Source: Limnochordia bacterium (lineage in GTDB: Bacteria > Bacillota > Limnochordia > DTU080). Taken from it: a stretch of DNA of 64,000 nt. A program made the position numbers and the translations under genes. Shown piece after piece: positions 49,436 through 60,047 of this stretch. Numbering within the stretch: position 1 is the first letter of the stretch; each line of letters opens with the position of its first letter. Location: contig JBMNJG010000007.1 in the NCBI GenBank assembly GCA_050951545.1, positions 512,001-576,000 of the forward strand. Reading direction: 5' to 3'. Under the pieces are notes generated by a model. It did not search any database. It saw only the letters and a program-made list of their open reading frames with translations, and was not told the origin of the DNA.

Positions 49436-52400
49436 ATGAGACGAAGTAAACGATGCAATTACCTGTGGTGGCTGCTATTGGCCATCTTGATCACGCCCTG
49501 TTCTCCCCTTTGGTACGGTGGTGGGGTCGGCTTCAGTTCAGGTGGCACCATCTGCCTTCGGTGCGCTACGCGGCAGACAAATGGGCCGTGTTACGGAAGC
49601 TGGCGTCCGGTACCAGCGCTACGATTGACGGGAAGTTGCGCGAAGCATGGTGGGAGGAGGCGACTCAGCTCACAGGGTTTCGCACGGCTTACTATGAGCA
49701 ACCCGTAGCCGATGGAGATGTCCAGTATCGCCTAGCATATGATGACGAGTTCCTTTATATCGGTGGGACACTGTCGCAGCATCAGGCTGAGTCTCTACAC
49801 AAAATTGAGGTCGTGATGCGAGTCCGGGCCGACCGCTGAGCAGTATTACGTGGCAACCAATTACTGTGCGTCCGCGCCATGCGGCGAGCTCCGCGCAGCT
49901 GAGTACGATATGGAACCCATCGCTCAACGAGCTCTCATCGGATGAGGGGCGGGTCGACTTGCGCGGTTTTCGCTCTGGCACATCTGAGCAGGGCGAGATC
50001 GCTTCGTGGTGGAGGCGGCAATTCCCCTGCGCTCGGTGGTCGCTGCAGGCTGTCTTGAGGCCCGGCGATGAGTGGCAGGTGAATGTCATCCATGTGCACC
50101 ACCTGTACACAAAGCCGCTGACGTCGTGGATCCCCATCCGCAAATTCCAATCAGTGGGATAACGGCCACAGTACCACGGGCGGCACGACGAAGGTGTACG
50201 GAGATGTCATTGGGCAAGGACGCCTTGGAAGTGTTTTCTTTGGTCAGCTTCCCGGAACCGTAGGCGAGCAGTCGGACGCTCTTGTGCGAACCGAGTTTGC
50301 GCTACGTGAGCTTCACGAGAAAGGAGCTGCAGTTGGCTCTACCTAAGGAGCAAAAGGAACTGCAGGATATTCGCCTCTTTTGGCAGGCACCGGGGAAGAA
50401 CTGGCAGATGCTGCAGGGGTATGAGACGAGACAAGACGGGTCCCGACTTTCCATGATTTTTGACCATCCCAAGCCATTGAGCCATGGTACATACAAGCTC
50501 ATGGTGACGTGCCAGGGTGGCGGTGGGGAAAAGACTCTCGTTTCGCTTATGACCTTCCGATCGTGAATATATGGTTGAAGCCGGGGTGGCCGTGATACAG
50601 CTGCCGCGACCGGAAGTCCCTGTCGCCGAGGTGGCGCAAGCGGAGATTTCCGCCGAGGTGCAGGCGGTTATCGATCTTATTCCACCGCAGCCGGGTTTTC
50701 GCTATACTGGCTTACCCGAGATGCCCGACCTGTTCCCGGATGGTTCGAATCTCTATCGTCTGGGACCGGATAAAAACAGCCTGATAGCCATCCCCACGGG
50801 TACGGTGTAATCCTAGTGAGGATCCGCGTTGGAGCGAAAGTCACGAGCTAGTCATCAGAGACAAAAAGGGGGATGAGCTCACGATCCCCTATCATCAAGA
50901 TGCCAAGGGCAAACGCTATTTCGTGACCGGGCATCTGTGGTATTTGCAGCGCCAGGAGGCGGCCAAACAGGTGCCTCGCATCGCTACGACCGACCCTTTG
51001 GGGGCGGCCCGCATTTTGTATGCCTTTGCTGAGGCCTATGCGGGTTATCTCCCGACGTTTGACCGCGACGGGGGCACAGGCTTCATACCTGCGGATTCGG
51101 GACCTCCCTATGCCTACTGGGGCGGCACCTGGAGTCGTTGGTGGTGGGGTGATCTGGGTTCACTGGCCCCACTAGCGAATGCGTATGAGATCGTCAAACA
51201 GACAAATGCATTCGAGCTCTTGAGTGCTGAGGTAGGAGAAGACGTAGAAAAGAAGCTTGTGAACGAGATGTTCTTGCCGTCGGTGGATTTTGCGCAGACG
51301 TACCTACCGACACAAGGGAATATGGCCAACAGCTACTGGAGAGGCCTGATTCAGATCGGGCGCGCTCTCGGCGATTCGGATATCATCCATCGGGCAGTGG
51401 AACTGGTCCGAGACTTTGTGGCTGAAGGCAGATTCCTGTCGGATGGTTTCTGGTCTGAGGTGACGCTGAGCTATCACGTACAGACGATTAGCGGTCTGGT
51501 CAGCGCTATCGAGCTGCTCGATGGTTGGAGTGATCCTGAGGGATACATCTCGCCACGGACAGGATTGCGCTTTGATAGTCTTGACATGGCCAGCGAGTTC
51601 CCGATCATTGCCAAGGCTTTGGAGATCAACCGGATCGTGGTCTATCCGAATGGCAAGTACTTGCCTATCCAAGACACGTGGGCTAATGCCACGGCCCGCC
51701 AACCTGATACCAGCGCTGGTTCGTTTCTACTGCCTGCGGGCAAAATTGGTCGGCTAACTCAGGGCTCGGGTCGCAACCAGACGCAGCTTAACCTCAACTT
51801 CCAGCCGAAGTATGGGCACATCCACCGCGACGGACTCAACATCACGTTGTTTGCGAATGGGGCAGAGCTGTTACCTGATCTGGGCTACTCGCACAGTTCG
51901 AAGTATCGCTGGTTCACCACCTCGACGATGGGCCACAATACGGTTGTCGTCGACGGTCAGAACATGGCGTCCAGCACATCGGCAAATCACGGCGGCAATA
52001 TTGAGGCCTATGTGACTAGCGAGGCCTTCCAAGTCATGCGTGCGGCCTATGAAGATGCCTACAATTCGGTGCAGGAGTATACGCGTGAACTGTGGATGGT
52101 ACCTTTTGCCGCCGGTGCCGAGTCGGAGGGCTACATCCTCGATATTCTCCGGGTTGCCGGGGGCGGGCGTCACGAGTACACCCTACAGGGTGACGCAAAT
52201 CGAGATGCCTTCTTCGAAATAGACAAGGCGACCACGGAGTACGGGCCGTATCTGCTACCGCCTGGGACAAGGGTGACCCAGCCCACCGGTCCATCGACCT
52301 CCGGCAGCGCCGCGGGCCATTACGCAGGCTATATCTATCTACGAGACGTTGAACAGGCCGAACTCACTGATGGCCAGTTTGTGTTGACCCTCTTCACGGA

Positions 52401-53829
52401 ACAAAGCGGCATAGTGCAGCCCCAGCTGAAAATAACGGGTTTGCTTGATGCGGGTGATAACGAGCTTTTCTTGGCGCGATCGCCTTCGTTGCGCCCGGTA
52501 CGCTTCAACGGCATTTCGGCAGACAACAACCACATGGTCGATCAGCACACGATGCCCAAGATGGTGCTGCGTCGTGAAGGGAGGAATCTGCGCAGTGACT
52601 TTGTCACTCTGCTTGAGCCGCGCTTTAGTGACGACGGCTTCCGGATAGAAGCCATTGAGCGCCTGTCGATCGATAGCGGGCCCGAAGGTGCCGTGGCCGT
52701 GCGCGTCATTTATGACGACACCATTGATATACTGCTGAGCAACCCCTTCTATGGGAAAGGCAGCAAGGACTCCCTCATCGTGGGGGATATAGCTTTGGAG
52801 GGGGAATTTGGCCTCATCCGCTTAAGGGACGGTGTCACACGGGAGATGTCCTTGGTCGGGGGCACGCGCGTAAGCAAGGGTGTGCTGACCCTGGAAAGCA
52901 GCGGAGAGCTGCAGGGCAAGATCACTGGCACGTTGCGGCGGGCGGGAGGCGATGACGTAGACGCCTTAATCACTGACGCTGTGCTGCCGGATGCCGTGGC
53001 AGGCAGTCATGTCATCGTCAGGCACCCGGATGGCCGAACCAGTGGATTCAAGATCGGGCGTGTGGAAAAAGAGGGCGAAGGCTCCCTTATTCTGCTGGCT
53101 GAACATGATCCCGGTTTTGAGATTGAGGCCGACGGTTCTTCGCATCAAGTCTTTCACCCGCGGTTGGAGTGGCGAGGTACGCATACCTTCCATATAACGA
53201 CCACGCAGCGGGCGACAGAGTTGCAGGGTGAACCGCGCACTGAGCAGATGACAGGCATGGTCTCCGGGATGGTGTATAACCAAAAGGGCCAGCCCGTGGC
53301 GGGGGCCGTGGTGCATGCGGCGGGTTATACTCAACAGGCGGCGGTTACAGATGCGAGCGGACGCTTCCAACTCGGTCAGCTACCTATCGGAACGCTGTGG
53401 CTAAAGGTAGATCACAGGCTGTTCGTGCCGTCGTTGTCCGAAGGGATGCTGATCACGGAGAAGGACCAGCACGTTACGCTGACTTTGGGCGAGCGCTTGC
53501 CTCCTCAGTTGTCAGATGTGCCCTCGGAAGTGGAAGCTGGCGAGCCAATAACGCTCATCAGTTCCGTGGACGCTACGGCATATCTGACGGAGGGCACCTC
53601 TTCGCGCAGAGTGCCTACACCGGAGAGAGTCCGCGACGGGGCCATAGCTCAAGTTGAGGTCTCGGCAGACGTGCCTGCTGTGCTTCCGACTGACGCTGAA
53701 CTACACGGATCGTATGTGATCCATGCCATTGATGCAGAAGATCGCGTCTCGGCGGGGGTATCGGTCTATATTGAAAACCAAGCGGAGCTGGAGAAGCTGT
53801 GGCGGTTCTTTGACGATTGGCAGTGGTGA
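49436..53829 (+). CDS. Second heparinase II/III-like protein with N-terminal CBM9/DOMON-like domain; 5' 1.5 kb multiply frameshifted, 50923-53829 intact
   Basis: Signal peptide at 49436; TIDGKLREAWW..LAYDDEFLYIG; DGFWSEVTLSYH, GHIHRDGLNI, MGHNTVVVDG; same C-terminal module as 37341-40559. Confidence 0.8.
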
Positions 53830-54010
53830 GTCTGAGTGAAACAGCGACGGTGAACCCGTTGGTTGGGGGCGTTATTACCGCACAGGGTGTCGTTTTTCTA
53901 TGAGACGGAAGGCGACCCCAGGTTAGGGATTCAGATCGAGAGGCGTATCAAGACCGACGATGTTAAGATCATTTCGAGCGACACGCTGCAGCATGAGAGG
54001 GAGACTGCTC

Positions 54011-54514
54011 GTGGACCGAGAGACCATCGCCGAAGCACTGAGGCAGTATTTTGCCACTTCGGCTGACGTTACCGTTGCATACCTGTTCGGTTCCGTGGTA
54101 CGAGGCAATACCCATGGAATGAGTGACATCGATGTGGGCGTGCTATTCCTCGATTATCTAAGTGCAACTGAGCGGCTCTTCCGCCGAATTTCCTTTAGTC
54201 ACGACCTAGCGGATCAGCTGGGGCGGTCCGTCGATGTAGTTGATTTGCGCGAGACGTCACCTCAGTTTAACCACCATGTATTGCGTCACAAGGTCGTCGT
54301 GAAGGGGCACCACGACCCTGCTCGCATCGCGTTCGAGAAGGATGTACGACGGCATTACTTCGACATGCTGCCGTATCTCCAACGCTTCGAGGATGCCAGC
54401 CTGAAGTGCTTCGAGGAAGGAGGCGAGGGTCGTGGTCGACGAGGGCCTGATTCGAGCACGCTTGAAGCTGCTCGCAGAGTACATCAGCGACTTGGAGGGC
54501 GTCCAAGAGAGTGA
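54011..54514 (+). CDS. mntA: MntA-type minimal nucleotidyltransferase antitoxin
   Basis: AYLFGS-X10-DID, VDVVDL. Confidence 0.9.
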   Translation: MDRETIAEALRQYFATSADVTVAYLFGSVVRGNTHGMSDIDVGVLFLDYLSATERLFRRISFSHDLADQLGRSVDVVDLRETSPQFNHHVLRHKVVVKGHHDPARIAFEKDVRRHYFDMLPYLQRFEDASLKCFEEGGEGRGRRGPDSSTLEAARRVHQRLGGRPRE

Positions 54515-54860
54515 CTTTGCTGAGTTCATGGAGAACAAGGTGCTTCGCCGATTTGTCGAGCGGACGCTCCAACTTGCCATCGAGGCCTGCCTCGACATCG
54601 GTTCGCACATTATCTCATCCCACGGATATCGCGAGCCTCAGTACGGACGCCACGTGATGGACATCCTTGCGGAGAATGGATGGATCGATCAGGACTTGCG
54701 GGAGAGTCTCGTTGGCATGGTCGGCTTCCGCAATATCCTGGTACATGACTACGCCACCATCGATCCGGCGATTGTGTTCGGGGTGCTGAGATCGAGGCTT
54801 CCAGAAATACGTTCGTTCGGAATGTCCGTCCTGGCTCGCATGGATCGTCAACCGTCATAG
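54432..54860 (+). CDS. hepT: HepT (DUF86) HEPN toxin
   Basis: ERTLQLAIEACLDIGSHI; RNILVHDY (RX4HXY). Confidence 0.92.
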   Translation: MVDEGLIRARLKLLAEYISDLEGVQESDFAEFMENKVLRRFVERTLQLAIEACLDIGSHIISSHGYREPQYGRHVMDILAENGWIDQDLRESLVGMVGFRNILVHDYATIDPAIVFGVLRSRLPEIRSFGMSVLARMDRQPS

Positions 54861-54902
54861 TAACAACAAGCTACCGTTTCGACCGGAGAGGAGTGAGCGC
54901 TA

Positions 54903-55445
54903 GTGAGCAGCAAGAAGAGCGAAGGGGCCGCTGTGGTGCGTCAACCTGACCCAAGTTCCTTCATGCCAAGCGAAGAAGAGCTACGACATAATCTGGAACG
55001 CGCGGGTGCCGAGCCCGGCTTCCTTATGCTGCGATCAGTACAGATGGCAGAGAACGGGGCGGCCGAACCTCAGAGAGGGCAGAAGCTCTACTTTGTCCCC
55101 TACGATCTCGGATCAGAGTGCCCTTGCGGTAGCGACCACCCCTTTGGCGAGTGCTGCAACCAGTGGCGCTTCCACAGGCCTTTCGTCCAAGCCCCCGACG
55201 GGACGGTCAGCCTCAGCACCGTCTACCAAGAGACGTGGACGACGTGGGACCGGTCTGAAGAGGCTCGCGAGGCCCTTGGAGCGCGACCTGACTTCTATAT
55301 TGGTGAGGAGTCGGACGCGGCCTGCTCTTACAGTTACCGTGCCGCCGGACGAGGGATCGGTTCCGGATTGTTCGGTACGATTGTGCTGACACCCGATATG
55401 CTCGAGATTGACGCGTTAAGCGAAGCTCGGTACATGGCGCTGTGA
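54903..55445 (+). CDS. SEC-C motif protein, probably 3'-truncated
   Basis: CPCGSDHPFGECC; ends abruptly at ALSEARYMAL. Confidence 0.6.
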   Translation: MSSKKSEGAAVVRQPDPSSFMPSEEELRHNLERAGAEPGFLMLRSVQMAENGAAEPQRGQKLYFVPYDLGSECPCGSDHPFGECCNQWRFHRPFVQAPDGTVSLSTVYQETWTTWDRSEEAREALGARPDFYIGEESDAACSYSYRAAGRGIGSGLFGTIVLTPDMLEIDALSEARYMAL

Positions 55446-55559
55446 GAAGCACGTGGGTCTCCTTCTTCCGAGTGGAGCGCAAGACCGGCGAAGCCTTGAT
55501 TCTTCGTGACCTAGTCGGGCAGGATCGCCCCGAGCTTCGCCGCCCTGTGCCTTGAGCCG

Positions 55560-55760
55560 CTACCCTCCGATTACCGAGCTGAAGAGACACGCGTCTACGA
55601 GTTCGATCTCGATCACTTCGAGTTCACACACCCGATGACCGTTATTGATGCCCGAGAGGTGAAGATCGTGAAAGAGCGTATTGCCCGGGGCGTCGAACCT
55701 CAGGCCAGTGCGTTTCAGCGATTATTGCGGGATGCCGATGCCGCTCAATCGCTAGTTCCA
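55560..55760 (+). pseudogene. Alginate-lyase-like N-terminal fragment
   Basis: FTHPMTV..EVKIVKERIARGVEPQASAFQRLLRDAD resembles the FxHPG..K.+I..G.EP motif; no start and no continuation. Confidence 0.45.
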
Positions 55761-55903
55761 TCACCGCCCGCGAGTACCAGACGCCGGGGCACATGGTATA
55801 ACAAATCGTGCATTTGCCACGCTACTTCCCCGGGGTGCCCTATAGCAAAGGGCCAACCGGATCTTCTCATTGTAGAACCGCGGCTTGTGGAGGTGTCAGA
55901 AAC

Positions 55904-56293
55904 ATGGGAAAGACCGCCGACAAACTGACGGCTGCGGAACGCGAGCAGTATCACCTGTACGCTAAGATGCGTCAAGCAAAAGCGGAGCAGGAGCTGGCGG
56001 CTCGAAGGCAACGGGCCTGGGAGTTGGCACGTGAGGCGGCCCGCTTGTTACGAGAACACCATGACGTTATACGTGTGGCAGTCTTCGGCTCCCTCTTGGA
56101 CGAAAGCCGTTTTACCATGGCGTCGGATGTAGACATTGCCGCGTGGGGCATTCCGGCTGAAAAGACATTCCGGGCTATGAGTGATGTATGGGACCTCGGA
56201 ATAGTCGAGGGTATCCCAATAAACCTGGTAGATATTAATGCTTGTCGCCAAAGTCTACGGGAAGCAATTTACCGCGAGGGAGTCGACATATGA
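55904..56293 (+). CDS. Second MNT nucleotidyltransferase
   Basis: VAVFGSLL..RF...SDVDIA; RBS GGAGGTG; extended -10 TGGTATAAC at 55794. Confidence 0.88.
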   Translation: MGKTADKLTAAEREQYHLYAKMRQAKAEQELAARRQRAWELAREAARLLREHHDVIRVAVFGSLLDESRFTMASDVDIAAWGIPAEKTFRAMSDVWDLGIVEGIPINLVDINACRQSLREAIYREGVDI

Positions 56294-56766
56294 TGCGGCA
56301 GTACGCTGTCTTGGCCGGAAGACTACGCCAGGAAATCGCCCAGATTGAACACATTGTCTTACGGGTGCAGGCGGTTTGTCAAAACGCTGATCTTGAGGAC
56401 ACCATCAAATCAGAGTCCTTAGCCTTGAATCTACAGAGCTTTTACACAGGTGTAGAGCGGCTCCTTCAACTCGTTGCATCCTCGCTAGACGGCGGTATTC
56501 CCAAGGGCTCAGATAGGCATCGGCAACTGCTGCAACAGATGATCATAGAGGTCCACACTGTCCGACCAGCGATTCTAAGGCCCACCACCGCCCGCTCCCT
56601 TGATGAGTACCTGCGCTTTCGACATATCGTTCGAAACCTATACGCTTTCGAACTCGACAACCAACGGATCCAACCGCTAGCCTCGGGGCTTCAGTCAGTA
56701 TACGAAGAGCTAAAGCAGGACATTGATCACTTCGTCTCATTCTTGGACGAAGTGGCTCTGTCATAG
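56290..56766 (+). CDS. HepT-like HEPN ribonuclease
   Basis: [28 protein letters not shown]; ATGA overlap with the MNT gene. Confidence 0.88.
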   Translation: MMRQYAVLAGRLRQEIAQIEHIVLRVQAVCQNADLEDTIKSESLALNLQSFYTGVERLLQLVASSLDGGIPKGSDRHRQLLQQMIIEVHTVRPAILRPTTARSLDEYLRFRHIVRNLYAFELDNQRIQPLASGLQSVYEELKQDIDHFVSFLDEVALS

Positions 56767-56780
56767 AGCCTCGGAAGGCC

Positions 56781-56873
56781 CGAGCCATTCCGACCGCACT
56801 GCGGAGCAAAGACCTTATAGGTCAAGCTCAGACGGGCACTGGTAAGACCGCTGCTTTCGCGATCCCCATCATA
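56781..56873 (+). pseudogene. DEAD-box RNA helicase remnant (Q motif end plus motif I)
   Basis: [31 protein letters not shown]; absent from the ORF track. Confidence 0.8.
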
Positions 56874-57031
56874 GCGGAAAGGCAACGAGAAGCATGCGGT
56901 GCGCGACGGCTGACGGACATAGTGGCGTCGGGAGAATTGGGCCATCTAAAGCACCCCCGCTCAAGTCGGCGGTAGTACAGCCAAAAGCCATTATGATGCC
57001 ATTCCAGGATTTTGACTGCTAGAAAAAAGAG

Positions 57032-57340
57032 ATGACCGCTTTACTACCGAACGGTCCTGAATCAGGCGAAGAAAACCCCATAGCAAACGAAAACCTGTTG
57101 CTGGAGCTGGCCTATAGCACCATGATTCCAAATGAAGACCTTGAGATCCTGGTGTGTAGCATACATGCGGGGGCCAGGGCTTTTGTCACTGAGGATGTCG
57201 ACATCCTCGAACAAACGGCTCTTTCGTTGAGTCCTAATCACAGGAAGGCCTTTGTGCATCCGCAAAACCTTTCGAAGAGCATAGGTAGTGAATTATGGCT
57301 CAGGTGGAGTCCTGAACAATCACAAAGGCCCAAACCATGA
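57032..57340 (+). pseudogene. PIN-domain-like C-terminal fragment
   Basis: EDLEILVCSIHAGARAFVTEDVDIL; N-terminal DTN-type motif missing. Confidence 0.5.
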
Positions 57341-57429
57341 GCATAGAGGTTATTGCCCAGTTGGTATATGGTCAGCCTTCCGGATTTGGCCAAGCTAACC
57401 CTAAGTCGTTTCGTGGCTTCTAGTGTAGG

Positions 57430-57510
57430 GTTCACGCCCTTTGCAGCGGTCGCTGGGTTTATCTGGTGAAACGACGCAAACTGGTTGGTCGAAGGGATCT
57501 GCGACTGTTC
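57430..57510 (-). pseudogene. GntR (YtrA-type) HTH remnant
   Basis: EQSQIPSTNQFASFHQINPATAAKGVN. Confidence 0.7.
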
Positions 57511-57658
57511 GTGAGTCCGGGGCGGCGTTCTGATGGCTCTATGCGCTGTCAGGGCAGAAGGGCTATGCACCCGCCTGTGGAAGCTGAGGACGGCAAGAGC
57601 CTTCCTGGCTTTGAGCTGGTGGGGCTGCGAGGTGCAATCTGACGACAGGAGGGCAAAA

Positions 57659-58612
57659 ATGAAAGAAAAGCCGCAGGTGACAAGGGGCTTGGTCCTGGGC
57701 CTGGAGCACTGGATCACCGACTGGCCCGAACGGGCGCGGACCTACGGCCTCACTACTCTGGCACTGCATGCGCCGCCTTCCCGGGTGGTGGATTTCACGG
57801 GTAGTGAAGTCGGTGAGAAGCTGATAGCGGGCTGCAAGGCCAATGATATTCAGCTGGAGTTTGAGCTACATGCGATGGGGGAGCTACTACCTCGCCGTCT
57901 GTTTGAGACATCCCCAGAGCTCTTCCGCCTTGATGAAACAGGGCAGCGGACGGCAAAAGGTAACCTGTGCGCCACCAATGAGGAAGCAGTAGCGCTTGTC
58001 TGTGCCAATGCAGTGAAATTGGCGCGGCGTCTACGTCCAACAACACATCGCTTCTTCTTCTGGCCAGATGATGGTCCGGGGTGGTGTCACTGTGAGCAGT
58101 GCGGCACCTTATCGGATTCAGATCAGGCGTTGCTGGTAGAGAACGCGATGCTGCGCGCTCTACGCGACCAAGTCGATCCCCAAGCCCAACTGGCGCATAT
58201 TGCCTATCACAACACTTTGCAGGCACCGCAACAGATCACTCCAGAGGAAGGCGTGTTTCTGGAGTTTGCGCCGTTTCATCGCAAGACGGATCTTCCCCTG
58301 ACAGCTGACGTTTCTGTTCAGAGGGAACAGCTGGAGGCCTTGCAGGCGAATCTGGCAGTCTTTGGCGTGTCGCAGGCGCAGGTTCTGGACTACTGGCTCG
58401 ACGTCTCTATGTATTCAAGGTGGAAACGCCCGGCGGTGGTGCTGCCTTGGCGAGAAGACGTCTTGCTGGCTGACCTGGAGCTGTATGCCTCTCTAGGTGT
58501 TCGTCATGTTACCTCGTTTGCCGTTTATGTGGACACGGAGTACCTAGCGATGTATGGTGAGCCGCCACTTTCTACATATGGCTGTCACCTGCAAAGATAC
58601 GTCAGCGGGTGA
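57659..58612 (+). CDS. DUF4838-like TIM-barrel protein (putative glycoside hydrolase-like)
   Basis: PELFRLDE.G.R...NLC, WPDDGPGWCHCEQC, AHIAYHNTL.AP; RBS AGGAGG. Confidence 0.7.
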   Translation: MKEKPQVTRGLVLGLEHWITDWPERARTYGLTTLALHAPPSRVVDFTGSEVGEKLIAGCKANDIQLEFELHAMGELLPRRLFETSPELFRLDETGQRTAKGNLCATNEEAVALVCANAVKLARRLRPTTHRFFFWPDDGPGWCHCEQCGTLSDSDQALLVENAMLRALRDQVDPQAQLAHIAYHNTLQAPQQITPEEGVFLEFAPFHRKTDLPLTADVSVQREQLEALQANLAVFGVSQAQVLDYWLDVSMYSRWKRPAVVLPWREDVLLADLELYASLGVRHVTSFAVYVDTEYLAMYGEPPLSTYGCHLQRYVSG

Positions 58613-58661
58613 CGGGGAACGAAGAGGTTGGTCTGAAATAAAGACGAGGGAGGGAGCTTCG

Positions 58662-59933
58662 ATGTGCGCGACGCGTAAGGTATTTGGATGGGGTCTCGTG
58701 ATATGGTTGGCGTGCAGTTTCGCCGCAGTTAGTGCTGCTCAGGTTATCGTTCGATGGGCCGAGTATCCGCGGGCTGGTATGGATGACTTCAAGCGTTTGG
58801 CAACCGAGCGTTTCAACGCCCGATACCCTGATATCCGAGTAGTCTATGAGCCAGTAACTGACGCTACGAAACTGACCGTAGCCATGGCAGGTGGTACCGC
58901 ACCTGATGTGGTCACGTGGTGGACTGATACTCTGCAAGGATGGGGTGAGAGTGGCCTGATCATTGACCTTGACCCGTTTGTGAAGCGCGACCTGTCGGAG
59001 GCTGACTTGGCCGATTTCAATCCAGGCCAGATGAAGGCATTTCGTCTTGGATCGGGCTACCTGTACGCCTTGCCTTTGTTTGGTGGCACCTGGGCGACTT
59101 GGTTCAATGCCGACAAGTTTGACGAAGCAGGCGTACCTCGCCCGTCTTCCGACTGGAACTGGGATGCGCTGGTGGCGACAGCTCGCAAGCTCACCCGATA
59201 TGACGGCAATCAGGTGGTCCAGTGGGGGGTTCAGGCCGCCATGAACCTAGAGCGCATGACTCCTTTTCTACGGCAGAACGGTGCGGAACTCCACCCAGAT
59301 GGTGATAACTCAGCATGCCTTCTTAACCAGCCAGCCGCAGTCACGGCCATCGATTTCGTGGCCGGGCTTATTCATCGGCACAACGTGATGCCGATTGGTG
59401 GATTTGAGGGTGTAGAGGCGTTTAAGGCGGGCAAGGTAGCTCTCGAGTTCGAGGGCTCATGGGCCGTCAACTGGTACCTGTCACTGACGGAGTATCGATT
59501 GGGATTGGTTGAGCCGCCGCGTGGTCCTGTCGCGAGATCATCGATTGTGGCGTTCGAAGGCTATGGCATTACACGCAACTCTGCTAACACGGATGCCGCT
59601 TGGCAATGGCTCAAGTTTCTGACCAGCCGCGACGCAAACGAGATGCGCGCCCTTACGCTGGGACTTCAGCCAGCGCGCCGCTCTGCAGCGATGGTGTGGT
59701 TTGGACGTCTGCGAGAGACATATCCTGGGGCGGCTGACACAAACCTAGATGCGTTCCTGCAAGCCTGGAGCTACGCCGCCCCCCAGCCAATGTACTCTGA
59801 TCAACGGATCGCGGCTCCCCTTCTCGAGGCGGGGCTGGTACGCATTCTTCGCAGGGGAGAGTTGGCACAGACGGTTCTAGACGAGGTTGTGCCGGCTGTC
59901 AACGCTGCTTTGGCTCAGGCCAAGGACAGATAG
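58662..59933 (+). CDS. Sugar ABC transporter substrate-binding protein (family 1)
   Basis: Signal peptide; AMAGGTAPDV, LYALP, WNWDALV.TARKLT, AAWQWLKFL. Confidence 0.9.
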   Translation: MCATRKVFGWGLVIWLACSFAAVSAAQVIVRWAEYPRAGMDDFKRLATERFNARYPDIRVVYEPVTDATKLTVAMAGGTAPDVVTWWTDTLQGWGESGLIIDLDPFVKRDLSEADLADFNPGQMKAFRLGSGYLYALPLFGGTWATWFNADKFDEAGVPRPSSDWNWDALVATARKLTRYDGNQVVQWGVQAAMNLERMTPFLRQNGAELHPDGDNSACLLNQPAAVTAIDFVAGLIHRHNVMPIGGFEGVEAFKAGKVALEFEGSWAVNWYLSLTEYRLGLVEPPRGPVARSSIVAFEGYGITRNSANTDAAWQWLKFLTSRDANEMRALTLGLQPARRSAAMVWFGRLRETYPGAADTNLDAFLQAWSYAAPQPMYSDQRIAAPLLEAGLVRILRRGELAQTVLDEVVPAVNAALAQAKDR

Positions 59934-59986
59934 CGGACGGAGGTCCGCACCAAGGCTTCAAGCCCTGGCGTGTTCTAATACGTACG

Positions 59987-60034
59987 AGAGGGCGCGATGA
60001 GGTGGCGTCGCGAAACGCTCTCCACCGCGCCCTT
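59987..60034. terminator. Hairpin between convergent binding-protein genes
   Basis: AGGGCGCG/GGTGG...CCACCGCGCCCT inverted repeat. Confidence 0.4.
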
Positions 60035-60047
60035 CACTGTCTAGTGC

